This document shows positions 45,890 to 53,784 of a DNA stretch of 53,784 nucleotides, in pieces. The DNA is from Deltaproteobacteria bacterium (lineage in GTDB: Bacteria; Myxococcota_A; UBA796; UBA9615): NCBI GenBank assembly GCA_002724675.1, contig PBPL01000213.1, forward strand, positions 1 to 53,784, written 5' to 3'. How positions within the stretch are numbered: the first letter of the stretch is position 1; each line of letters begins with the position of its first letter. Made by a program: the position numbers and the translations under genes. Below the pieces are notes generated by a model. The model had not been told where the DNA came from and searched no databases. It saw only the letters and a list, made by a program, of their open reading frames with translations.

Positions 45890-45916
45890 CACTGGACGAC
45901 TGGACTCCAGTGATTT
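45890..45916 (+). terminator. Weak candidate intrinsic terminator after the CRTAC1-family gene
   Basis: The hairpin is CACTGGA-cgactggac-TCCAGTG (7-bp stem), followed by ATTTC. The U-tract is short and the stem is modest. Confidence 0.25.
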
Positions 45917-46547
45917 CAACGCTATCCTCCGACCGCGAGAGGACCACGTGACTCCAGAGCCCCCCGACAACAGAGCGACACCAGTGGTTGCAGCCATACC
46001 GTCGCTATTCCCACCGGAAGCCCCAGGTGCGTCCGAGGGCGAGGCCTCCTCATCGAGTTCTACCCATCACAACGACCAGGGCGAGCACCCCACAAACAAA
46101 GGCGGCGCGACCCAGCAAGCGCAACGTACAGAAGAACAAGGCTCGAGCCGGGGTGCCCGGCGTCTCCTCCCCCGTATAGGACGAGCCGTCCTGCGCAGGG
46201 CACGACGGCTCAAGCCAGGCAGGCAAACCAACAAGCGCCCACACCGAGAGACACCAGCAGAGACAACAAGCCAAGGACAGCCAGTAGACCGGCCGGGCTT
46301 GACACACGGCCCCGGCGAGCCCAGTGAGTCGAGTGCCATTCGCCGCCAAGGAATCGATCCCCGAAGCGCAGCGGCTCGGAAGATCAAGACCTCATCTCGG
46401 GACCTAGCCACCCAGGACCAACGGGCCCGGAGTGCTCGAGGCGAGCCTCTACCAACCCTGGAACATGCGGGCTGGTTGCCCGACCTACCAGGCATCCCCC
46501 CTTATCTGCTTCCCGAGGCACTGCAGGGCACTCACCTTGAAGGTCGA

Positions 46548-48938
46548 ATGTCGTGCGGCTTTTGCGGAGTGGGAGATAGCGGTGTGGTGCGGGGAAAGAG
46601 GCGCCCTCAAGGAGACGGCGCCCCCGATCGAGCTGGGGGACGCGTAGGACGCCGTTCTCCCACCAAGGGTTGCGCCAAGCTGCAGGTCTCCGCTGGCGAA
46701 CTAGGAACTCTGTTCCCCATTCACACGGCGCCATCCGTACTCTGGCGCTACGCCCGCGACCGGGAGCAGATGACCTATGAGGAGTCCATTGAGCGCTTTG
46801 CCGACCTGGTCCTGGACCATCGCGACCCAGACACCCAGATCCTAGTGTATGGCTGTGGCCAAATTGACTACTTCACCATCTTCGCCATGCAGGAAGTCTT
46901 TCGACTGCTCGGGGTTCGCAACATTGCAGGGAATGCTGAGCACTGTCTCAACGCAGGAGCTGTCCACAACGAAATGTTGACTGGGCAGGAGGGGCCCTTT
47001 CTCACCTTTGACAGCGCGTTCGATGGCTCCAATCGCTTCTTCATCCTCAATGGCTGGAATGGCCAGATCACCCACCCCGGTGCCTGGCACCGCATGCTGG
47101 GCGACAAGAACTTTGATGGATACCTGATTGACGTCATGGAGTCTGAGTCGGCCCAGACCATCGGCCGGCGCTTCGGCCGAGACCGCGTCGTCCTGATTCG
47201 CTCGGGGGGCGATCCACACCTAGCCCTCGGGGTGGCACACCAGATCCTGACGGTCCATCCCGAGGCCATCGAAGAACGGTTCATCGACCAGTTCGCTGAT
47301 CAGGGAAGCTGGGAGGCCTTCTCGACCTTGGCCGCCTCGGACGACTTCAGCCCCGGTCAGGTGGCCGACAGAATTGCCCCAGAGCCCCAAGAGGTGCCTC
47401 GGATTGAAGCAGCAATCAAGGACATCGCGGCTCGCATTGCAGCGCCAGAGGCCGTGCCCATCAACATCCCCTCTGTAGGCCTGTCTCAAACCAAGGGCGC
47501 CGTGAGTCACTGCCTCTGGGGCTGCGCCATGGCCATGGTCGGCAAGTACGGCTTGAAAGCCGACGGAAGCGCAGCGGGGGGCACTCTCCGAGTGCCAGGG
47601 CAGATCAATGCTCAGAGCGAGGTCCAAGCGCTGTCGAGGTTGTTCTTCTTCGGACGAATCCCGGTGGACGATCAGGGAGCTGTGGAGGCAGCTCGCCGCA
47701 TGGGGCTGCCCGATGACTCCTACGAGCTTGCGGTACGAGATCAGCCTAGAGCGGTCCTGGACTACTCGGATCCAGCAACCCGCTTCGACCGACAGTTGAT
47801 CATCGCCTTCGGCACTCAGTTCGAGGCCAACATGATGGACCGAGATCGCTGGCTGGAGAAGCTGAAGAGCGAGGGAACAACGCTAGTCGTCGTCGACCCA
47901 ATCCCAGACCCCTACACACTCGACAATGCCCACCTCGTGATCCCCTCGCCACCCCATTCGGCGACCCCCAAGCTCTACCAGAATGGAGAGTGGCGACTCA
48001 CCCTGTCCGCTCCCAGACGTCAGATGGCCCCGGAGACACGGTCGGACGCCACCATCCTCTACGACATGATGGCCGTCATCTCCCGGCGTATCCGAGAAGA
48101 CTCCATGCTTCGTATGGTGCACCCAGATCTCGGGTTTCACTCCCAGTCGGGCTATCTTCGCGAGCGCTTCGAGGACCCCGCCGACGGGGGCGGCCTTCCT
48201 CGCTATGGCGGGGAGGTCAGTCGAGCCCACCTGTGGCAGCGCGTTCTGGACTACATGGACGACGGACCCGGACGAAGCGGCCCCCTTTACTGCAGACCAG
48301 TGGACGACAGCGGCGCCCCCATCACCTGGACACAGTTGGTGGAAGACGGGGACCAGGTGTACGGCGGTGTGGGCACGAGCCGGTACCGGCTGGACTATGA
48401 CAGCCCAGGACACAGCCCCTTCGGGGACATCTATGAACGTCCGTACCGCTTCCGGTTCTTCATCCCCACCGAGCAGGACCTCGAGCTACCTACGGGTATT
48501 GTCTTGAACTCGGGTCGGTCCGCGCTATCGGAGAATCCAGCGGACCTGCGCTACGCAATCCACAGCTTTAACTCTGGAAAGGCGACGCCCGCCACGGGAA
48601 TGCCGGAAGAACACCCCCTCTACATTTCCCCCATGCTTGCCGAACAAGAGCAGCTGGAGTGTGGAGACAAGGTCCTGGTTCAGAACACTGAGACCACCAA
48701 GTCCGTTCCTTTCCAGGTGCAGGTCACAGAACGCCTCCGGGGCCAGCTCGCCTATATTCCGTTCCATAAAGACCGCGCTCAGCTGGACCACGGTCGCTAC
48801 CTCAACAACATCACGTCCCAGGCAGGGCGATGCCCCTACACCGCCCAGAGCAACTTCAAGCTCACCTCCATCAGCATTGAGAGGCTTGAGGCTGAGAGCA
48901 CAGGGCCCCGTGACGGAGACCTGCCTAGCTCCTCATGA
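46548..48938 (+). CDS. Molybdopterin oxidoreductase, YdeP/FdhF-like alpha subunit family
   Basis: The N-terminal Cys cluster is SCGFCGVGD...TKGCAK. The MopB-like core reads ILVYGCGQIDYFTIFAMQEVFRLLGVRNIAGNAEHCLNAGAVHNEMLTG. The C-terminal molybdopterin-dinucleotide-binding-like barrel reads LYISPMLAEQEQLECGDKVLVQNTETTKSVPFQVQVTERLRGQLAYIPFH. ATG 46548 has GAAGG 4-5 nt upstream. The ORF is also open upstream to GTG 45948, so the true start is uncertain. Confidence 0.7.
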   Translation: MSCGFCGVGDSGVVRGKRRPQGDGAPDRAGGRVGRRSPTKGCAKLQVSAGELGTLFPIHTAPSVLWRYARDREQMTYEESIERFADLVLDHRDPDTQILVYGCGQIDYFTIFAMQEVFRLLGVRNIAGNAEHCLNAGAVHNEMLTGQEGPFLTFDSAFDGSNRFFILNGWNGQITHPGAWHRMLGDKNFDGYLIDVMESESAQTIGRRFGRDRVVLIRSGGDPHLALGVAHQILTVHPEAIEERFIDQFADQGSWEAFSTLAASDDFSPGQVADRIAPEPQEVPRIEAAIKDIAARIAAPEAVPINIPSVGLSQTKGAVSHCLWGCAMAMVGKYGLKADGSAAGGTLRVPGQINAQSEVQALSRLFFFGRIPVDDQGAVEAARRMGLPDDSYELAVRDQPRAVLDYSDPATRFDRQLIIAFGTQFEANMMDRDRWLEKLKSEGTTLVVVDPIPDPYTLDNAHLVIPSPPHSATPKLYQNGEWRLTLSAPRRQMAPETRSDATILYDMMAVISRRIREDSMLRMVHPDLGFHSQSGYLRERFEDPADGGGLPRYGGEVSRAHLWQRVLDYMDDGPGRSGPLYCRPVDDSGAPITWTQLVEDGDQVYGGVGTSRYRLDYDSPGHSPFGDIYERPYRFRFFIPTEQDLELPTGIVLNSGRSALSENPADLRYAIHSFNSGKATPATGMPEEHPLYISPMLAEQEQLECGDKVLVQNTETTKSVPFQVQVTERLRGQLAYIPFHKDRAQLDHGRYLNNITSQAGRCPYTAQSNFKLTSISIERLEAESTGPRDGDLPSSS

Positions 48939-50161
48939 CAACCGGCCGGGACAACCAAGCTGCACAGCAGAAAAGGTCACAAAACGGTGGCCTAATGGTG
49001 ATTGGTGGCCTGTTGCCCGTCATGTTGACGACAACGGTGCTGTTGGGCCTGGGTTCGCTCAGAGGGCTGGCCACCGGGGTGGCGTTGCTGCTGGCAGTTG
49101 CCGGCATGGTGCTTCCCATCATCGGTCTCTGGACTCTCCTTGGTCGGAGGAGACTCAGCCTGGCCGTGGGGCTCTGGGTCTGGAGCTTGCTTGTCTGGGC
49201 GCTCATGCCTACCTACTTCCCTGGAGAGAAGACCGAAGCGTTGCTGACAGGCAGTCGACTCGTCGCCTCCCCATTCGGTGGGCAGCACTCTGAGAGCTTT
49301 GTAGACCTAGCCCAGAGCATCGCTGAGTTCATCGATGCTCCGTTTGCAGTCTTTGGGCCCACCTCACCGCCCGCAGAACCCATCGATGCAGTAACGACCA
49401 CGGCGATGGCCATCGGCGAGCCGAACTCGGAGCGCCATGACGCCGTTCCTACAGACGACACGGCACCAACGGCCAAGGACGAGCCTCAGGCGGCGATCCT
49501 CGCAACAGACGGAGAGGGGCGCAGTCTCCGTGTCAGTGTGGGCATCGAGATCGACGGGCAGGTGACCGATATACCCCTGCTCTTCGACACCGGGGCGACC
49601 TTGACTACGCTGAATTCGGCCACCTTAGAGCAGCTGGGGATTGCGGTCCCCGAACACGCCCCTCGCGCAACCCTCCAAACAGCCGGAGGTCCTGTCGAGA
49701 GCGTCGTGGTACTCATCGAGCGCCTCTGGCTCGACAATATCCCCATCGAGAATGTGTCCGCGGCAATCTGTGACAGTTGTGCCCAGGAGGATGCGAGGGG
49801 ACTCTTGGGACTCAACGCCACCGGATTGTTCGAGGTCACGCTCCGCAGCTCCGAGAGGGAAATTCAGTTGATTCCCACCGACCTATTCGGTGATCGACAA
49901 CTGGATGTTGGCCATTGGCTCTCGCTGGGCTCCACCGCAACTATCAAGTGGAACGGAGGCATCGAGGTCGAAGTGGTCGTCGACAACAGCGCATCGGTTG
50001 GCGTCAGCGAAGTGGTCACAGAGGTGGGATGCGTCAGCCGAAGCTTTGCCGTCCAACTCAGTTCCATTCCAGCCAGGAGTCAGCGGAGCACGCGTGCATC
50101 CTTGCCCGCTGGAACCGACTGCAGCACCTACCAGGTGTCCCTACTCAGCGCGCGCTGGTGA
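48935..50161 (+). CDS. Membrane-anchored retropepsin-like (clan AA) aspartic protease
   Basis: It has an ATGA overlap with the upstream stop. There are three N-terminal TM helices (LMVIGGLLPVMLTTTVLLGL, VALLLAVAGMVLPIIGLWTLL, LAVGLWVWSLLVWALM). The retropepsin active-site motif is LLFDTGATLTTL, followed by ...GLLGLN. Confidence 0.7.
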   Translation: MTTGRDNQAAQQKRSQNGGLMVIGGLLPVMLTTTVLLGLGSLRGLATGVALLLAVAGMVLPIIGLWTLLGRRRLSLAVGLWVWSLLVWALMPTYFPGEKTEALLTGSRLVASPFGGQHSESFVDLAQSIAEFIDAPFAVFGPTSPPAEPIDAVTTTAMAIGEPNSERHDAVPTDDTAPTAKDEPQAAILATDGEGRSLRVSVGIEIDGQVTDIPLLFDTGATLTTLNSATLEQLGIAVPEHAPRATLQTAGGPVESVVVLIERLWLDNIPIENVSAAICDSCAQEDARGLLGLNATGLFEVTLRSSEREIQLIPTDLFGDRQLDVGHWLSLGSTATIKWNGGIEVEVVVDNSASVGVSEVVTEVGCVSRSFAVQLSSIPARSQRSTRASLPAGTDCSTYQVSLLSARW

Positions 50162-50218
50162 TCCATTCAGACAAACGCTCCGCTCGACTCGAGCCGAAGC
50201 CCCATCTAGAGCACTGCC

Positions 50219-52519
50219 CTACGGGTTGATGCGGAAGTCTGTTTCCTTGCTACGCCAGCCCTTCTCTCGACCATCCCGTTGCCTGCCCTTGACGGAGACA
50301 TAGTAGACAACACGGCCTTTGCTGACGCCTTCGAGAGACACGACTGTGGAGCACCAACGGTCACCACCACAGTCCATTTTCCGCTTCAGCCACCGCGCCT
50401 TGGGGGGATTGTAATAGAGGGTCGCCCGCCCCTCAGTCGCACCGTAGATGCGGCCCTTGAATTCAATCCGCGTGCCTCGCGTCGAGCGCTCGATGACCCG
50501 CCCCTTCAGTTCTCCCATGTGCAGATGCTTGGGGCGACTCACCGTGTTCTTCGAGGACGCAGGTGGGGAAGGATTGGATGCAGGCAAAGACCGCGGCGGT
50601 GAGGCAGGCGGCGGGCTGGGGGATGCGACCGGGGCAGGCGGACTCGCAAGCGGCTTCCGAGGCTCGTCAGGCGGCTGCACAGAATCCTCCGCAGCAACCG
50701 TCTCCATCCCACCCGCAGGACCAGTAGCCGATGTATCCGTGCTTGCTCCCTCCGCCGCGCCCGTCTCCGAGTTCTTTGCGGACGCTCCCCCAGTCGATCG
50801 GGAAGGAGTCATCACGTTGTCAGGCGACGACTCTGTACTGGTAGTCGCTCCCGGTTTCCGCCGAACTGGGGCGCGAGCAGAAGCCGACTTCTTCGTGCTC
50901 GTGGCCAGATCGTCTCCCCGGGCAGCTACGGGGAAAGAATCAAGACCTCCCAGGTCCGACTCTTCTGCCGGCTGCTCAGTGAGCCCATCCTTTTGGGCAT
51001 CGGATGACTTCCAGATCAACACCGCACCCACTCCAACGGCAACCGCAAGCAACAGCCCCACAGCGAGTCCAAACAGAAGCACCCACAAGGCAGAACGACG
51101 ATTCTCTGGCGTCGCCCAGAGCGTACCGTCTCCCTGAGAGGGTGTGCCAGCCGCCGGAGTGGGAGGCAGCGAGGGCATGGCAGGCGCAGGCGCATTGCCT
51201 ACCAATCGAGTCGGCGGAACGGGCTCGATGGCCGCAGATCCAATAATCGAGGCGTCGGGCGCAACGGTGCGAGTGTCCGCCATGTCTGCTGCAGAGAACT
51301 CGGGCTCAAACGACACGGAACCACCCACACGAGCTGCGCCTTCCGACGAGACACTCGGCGCCTGCGGAGTCGGCTCGGAGTGACTCTCCGAGTGGCCGGA
51401 GTTCTCTCTTCCCGAGCCATAGCCTCGCTGCTCTACTGTGGGGCCCACAGCCTGGGCAACGCCACCGGAGGTTCCCTGGGCTGCCATCAAGGCAGCATCG
51501 GGAGTAGCCAGCGTCGGAGCAACCTCGACACCCGAATCGGTGCTCATCGAACCCTGAGCGCCTGGGTGTTGTTTCAGGAAACCACGAACAAACGACCTCA
51601 GGCTCTCGCCGGACTCCTGATGCTTGAGCAGCGCCTTCAGAGCATCTTCCACCTCAGCTGCGTCGCTGTAGCGGTCTGCAGGCTCCTTCCGCATGCATCG
51701 GAACACGATGTCCGCCAGGCCAGGCACCACGGAATCAAGGCGAGTTCGCGAATCCGACCGCTCGAGGCGCTCCTCCACTTGGAGCACGGCAGCGAGCACC
51801 GTCATTAGCGAGTCCCCCGAGAACATTCGAGAGCCAAGGGCCAACTCATACACGATTGCGCCCATGGCAAAGATGTCCGAGCGACGATCGAGGGGGTCTC
51901 CACCTACCTGCTCTGGAGACATGTACGCGGGCGTCCCCTTCGTCATACCGGTCTGCGTCATGCTCGTGGATAGAGCAGCCGCCTTGGCAATGCCAAAGTC
52001 CATCACCTTTACGAGACCGTCCCGGCTCAACAAGATGTTGCTGGGTTTCAGGTCCCGGTGAACGAGCTCGGTCTCGACACCCGCATCTTCCAGGTTGTGA
52101 GCGTGATCAAGGCCAGCGCAGATCTGCGCCGCGATCTCCAGGATGTGCCCGGGTGTCAGCTGAGAACCGTGATTGAGGATTTCGTCCAGCCCGATGCCAC
52201 GCACGTACTCCATCGCAATGAAGGGAAGATTGTCGACGACACCGTACTCATAGGTCTCGACAACATTCGGGTGATGCAGCAGCCCTCCCAGACGAGCCTC
52301 GTTCACCAACGCCTTACCGAGGTCAGCATTGCTCGCTGCCACCGAGGCCCGGATAATCTTGATTGCAGCCTTCTTGCGGAAGCCCTCCAGACCCTGAAGT
52401 TCTGCACGAAATACCCGGGCCATGCCTCCCTCGCCCAGGACCCCAAGGAGTGTGTATCTGCCAAAAACAACCGGGAAGTCGTCACTAGCAGAGAGCAGAT
52501 CGGGCTGAATTCTCGCCAT
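50219..52519 (-). CDS. Ser/Thr protein kinase with single TM and Pro/Ser-rich region plus C-terminal extracytoplasmic domain
   Basis: Kinase motifs are GEGGMARVFRA...AIK, HRDLKPSNILL, DFGIAKA and GTPAYMSPE. The TM segment is ALWVLLFGLAVGLLLAVAVGVGAVLIW. A low-complexity PPAPVASPSPPPASPP stretch follows. Confidence 0.85.
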   Translation of the reverse strand: MARIQPDLLSASDDFPVVFGRYTLLGVLGEGGMARVFRAELQGLEGFRKKAAIKIIRASVAASNADLGKALVNEARLGGLLHHPNVVETYEYGVVDNLPFIAMEYVRGIGLDEILNHGSQLTPGHILEIAAQICAGLDHAHNLEDAGVETELVHRDLKPSNILLSRDGLVKVMDFGIAKAAALSTSMTQTGMTKGTPAYMSPEQVGGDPLDRRSDIFAMGAIVYELALGSRMFSGDSLMTVLAAVLQVEERLERSDSRTRLDSVVPGLADIVFRCMRKEPADRYSDAAEVEDALKALLKHQESGESLRSFVRGFLKQHPGAQGSMSTDSGVEVAPTLATPDAALMAAQGTSGGVAQAVGPTVEQRGYGSGRENSGHSESHSEPTPQAPSVSSEGAARVGGSVSFEPEFSAADMADTRTVAPDASIIGSAAIEPVPPTRLVGNAPAPAMPSLPPTPAAGTPSQGDGTLWATPENRRSALWVLLFGLAVGLLLAVAVGVGAVLIWKSSDAQKDGLTEQPAEESDLGGLDSFPVAARGDDLATSTKKSASARAPVRRKPGATTSTESSPDNVMTPSRSTGGASAKNSETGAAEGASTDTSATGPAGGMETVAAEDSVQPPDEPRKPLASPPAPVASPSPPPASPPRSLPASNPSPPASSKNTVSRPKHLHMGELKGRVIERSTRGTRIEFKGRIYGATEGRATLYYNPPKARWLKRKMDCGGDRWCSTVVSLEGVSKGRVVYYVSVKGRQRDGREKGWRSKETDFRINP

Positions 52520-52554
52520 AGTCAGTTGACCGGTCCGGTCGCCGCGAGCCGCGT

Positions 52555-53454
52555 TCAGCGGCTACTACCCCCCGCTTCAGTAGACGAGTCATCATCATCC
52601 CCGCTCGAGTCATCATCATCCCCGATCGAGTCATCATCGTCCCCGCTCGAGTCATCATCACCCTCGGCCGTGTCGTCATCACCCTCAGCCGTGTCGTCAT
52701 CACCCTCAGCCGTGTCGTCATCACCCTCAGCTGTGTCGTCATCACCCTCAACCGTGTCGTCAGCGGCCTCACCGGAGTCGTCGTCGTCTCCATCGCCGGG
52801 GCACTCCCCCTCTCCACCATCCCAACTGATAGTCAGTTCCCAGTCCGAAGGAGCACCGTCCCAACACAGTACAGACACCTCAAGCCTCCCGAACGTCTCA
52901 AACGGCGCGTCCCGCCAACACTCCGATGGCTCCATCCCCGACTCATAATCCACAACCAAGAAATCCGTTGCCAGGACATCCGGCGCAAAGACATTGAAGT
53001 CCAGATCCGTGCCCTCGCCCGCCCAGTCCAAGTTGAAACGCGGGGTTCCAATGCAAGGAAGCTCGATCGCAAACACATCACGGTCACCTGTCCACTCATA
53101 CAAGCCATCATTGGAACAGCCCGAAGCGCTGCCCCGGACTACGATCTGCCCTTGTCCCGACTTGGCTCCCGGACGATGAGACTCGAAAGCCACCTGATTG
53201 GGTGAGCTCTCATTGGGCTCCACCTCTTCATAGAGGACGGAAGCAAAGTTCTCACAAGCGTTCGAAGGAACCACGCGGTCAGGGACCGGATCCGCAGGCT
53301 GACGCTTCGCACCATCGGGAGGCGAGCAGGACCAGCACAGCAAAGCCAGGACCAACCAAGACACGGTCGAGTTCAAGGGGCCCCTAGAGCCCGTCACGAG
53401 TCGTCCTCTGCGAGCGTCAATACAGCTCAACCCGCTCCCTCCACAGACTCGCAC
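52555..53454 (-). CDS. Lipoprotein with PPC-like domain and C-terminal heptad Asp-rich repeats
   Basis: Lipobox ALLCWSC is present, as is EVEPNESSPNQ (PPC-like EPN motif). The C-terminus is (GDDDTAE)x4-5 followed by (GDDDDSx)x3-4, encoded by 21-bp tandem repeats. Confidence 0.65.
   Translation of the reverse strand: MRVCGGSGLSCIDARRGRLVTGSRGPLNSTVSWLVLALLCWSCSPPDGAKRQPADPVPDRVVPSNACENFASVLYEEVEPNESSPNQVAFESHRPGAKSGQGQIVVRGSASGCSNDGLYEWTGDRDVFAIELPCIGTPRFNLDWAGEGTDLDFNVFAPDVLATDFLVVDYESGMEPSECWRDAPFETFGRLEVSVLCWDGAPSDWELTISWDGGEGECPGDGDDDDSGEAADDTVEGDDDTAEGDDDTAEGDDDTAEGDDDTAEGDDDSSGDDDDSIGDDDDSSGDDDDSSTEAGGSSR
52586..52774. repeat. Nine tandem 21-bp coding repeats (two subfamilies)
   Basis: The first subfamily comprises the units gagtcatcatcatccccgctc (52586), gagtcatcatcatccccgatc, gagtcatcatcgtccccgctc and gagtcatcatcaccctcggcc. 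The second comprises gtgtcgtcatcaccctcagcc x2, ...agct, ...aacc and a degenerate last unit. All are in phase with the minus-strand CDS. Confidence 0.9.
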
Positions 53455-53589
53455 TCAGTCACTCGGAGCGCGCAAGCACACCTAAGGCAAGTAGGAGCGG
53501 CAAGCATACTGCCCCAGCCACCCCAGAGGGAAGCGACTCCATACCACCCAATGCGCCTGGTCCCGCCAACCTGCTCTTAGTAAGCCGGA

Positions 53590-53633
53590 CAAAAAGAGGG
53601 GGCGAAGTCCGCTCTCGCCGACTTCGCCCCCTC
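53590..53633 (-). terminator. Rho-independent terminator (minus strand)
   Basis: A perfect 14-bp GC-rich stem GAGGGGGCGAAGTC / GACTTCGCCCCCTC (53596-53609 / 53620-53633) has a 10-nt loop. On the minus strand it is followed by TTTTT (53591-53595). It lies 35 nt downstream of the stop at 53669-53671. Confidence 0.85.
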
Positions 53634-53668
53634 AAAAGGCAATAGGTTTGCTCTTACGAGCTAACGAT

Positions 53669-53784
53669 CACGCGGAGTCGTCGTCGTCGCCGGAGTCGTC
53701 GTCGTCGTCGTCGTCACCGGAGTCGTCGTCGTCACCAGCGTCGTCGTCGTCACCGGAGTCGTCGTCGTCGCCGGAGTCGTCGTC
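53669..53784 (-). CDS. C-terminal end of an Asp-rich protein (ORF enters from beyond the window end)
   Basis: The minus-strand frame reads ...DDDSGDDDDSGDDDDAGDDDDSGDDDDDDDSGDDDDSA-stop (TGA at 53671-53669). Orientation is supported by the strong minus-strand terminator just downstream. It is too short to assign a function. Confidence 0.5.

Noticed and set aside
46130-46230. Moco riboswitch-like strings (CUCGAGCC, CUCCUCCCCC, GGACGAGCC) upstream of the molybdoenzyme core
   Set aside because: Only fragments resemble what I remember of the Moco RNA motif. I could not assemble the conserved multi-stem architecture by eye, and the region may be coding. It is left as a search suggestion rather than a call.
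52586-52774. Tandem repeats (also the (GTC)n runs at 1-45 and 53678-53784) considered as CRISPR or non-coding microsatellites
   Set aside because: The units are directly adjacent with no spacers and are multiples of 3 nt. They lie in phase inside ORFs encoding Asp-rich peptides, so they are coding repeats, not CRISPR.

Overview
High-GC (~60%+) bacterial chromosomal window, densely coding (about 43 genes), with no rRNA, tRNA, CRISPR, transposase or phage genes that I could recognise by eye. All protein calls come from reading the supplied translations for motifs; no searches were run. The content looks like Myxococcota or a related deltaproteobacterial lineage. It has Myxococcus-type Cys-rich repeats, two MYXO-CTERM-like tails (GCxC + TM + RRR) and three eukaryotic-like Ser/Thr kinases, one of them a STAND/TPR giant. 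At least 14 proteins carry lipobox signal peptides, and many exported proteins have poly-Asp linkers. Main points: (1) A plus-strand leader at ~23298-23478 has the conserved core and B12 box of a cobalamin riboswitch, followed by an SD-sequestering hairpin. It heads a tightly coupled 8-gene operon (23580-33200): a TonB-dependent receptor, three lipoproteins (two look like beta-propellers), a lipoprotein domain fused to a 6-7 TM ECF S-component-like domain, a fused EcfA-EcfA' ATPase and EcfT/CbiQ. No BtuF or BtuCD is present. This is the best candidate for an undescribed corrinoid or cobalt uptake system. (2) ORFs 12798-13184 and 13254-13553 are one reading frame interrupted by a single TGA at the first position of a thioredoxin-fold W-U-P-A-C motif. 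This is probably an unannotated selenoprotein lipoprotein, divergent from a pentaheme cytochrome c. (3) Other items are a flbD-motA-motB stator-only cluster and a translationally coupled SDR + steroid-5-alpha-reductase pair. A FAD-oxidoreductase/NapH-like polyferredoxin fusion is present, as is a YdeP-like molybdoenzyme coupled to a membrane retropepsin. Three proteins share an N-terminal regulatory module, and 21-bp coding tandem repeats occur. Start codons are my best estimates (signal peptides, SD motifs, overlaps) and often differ from the longest-ORF track.
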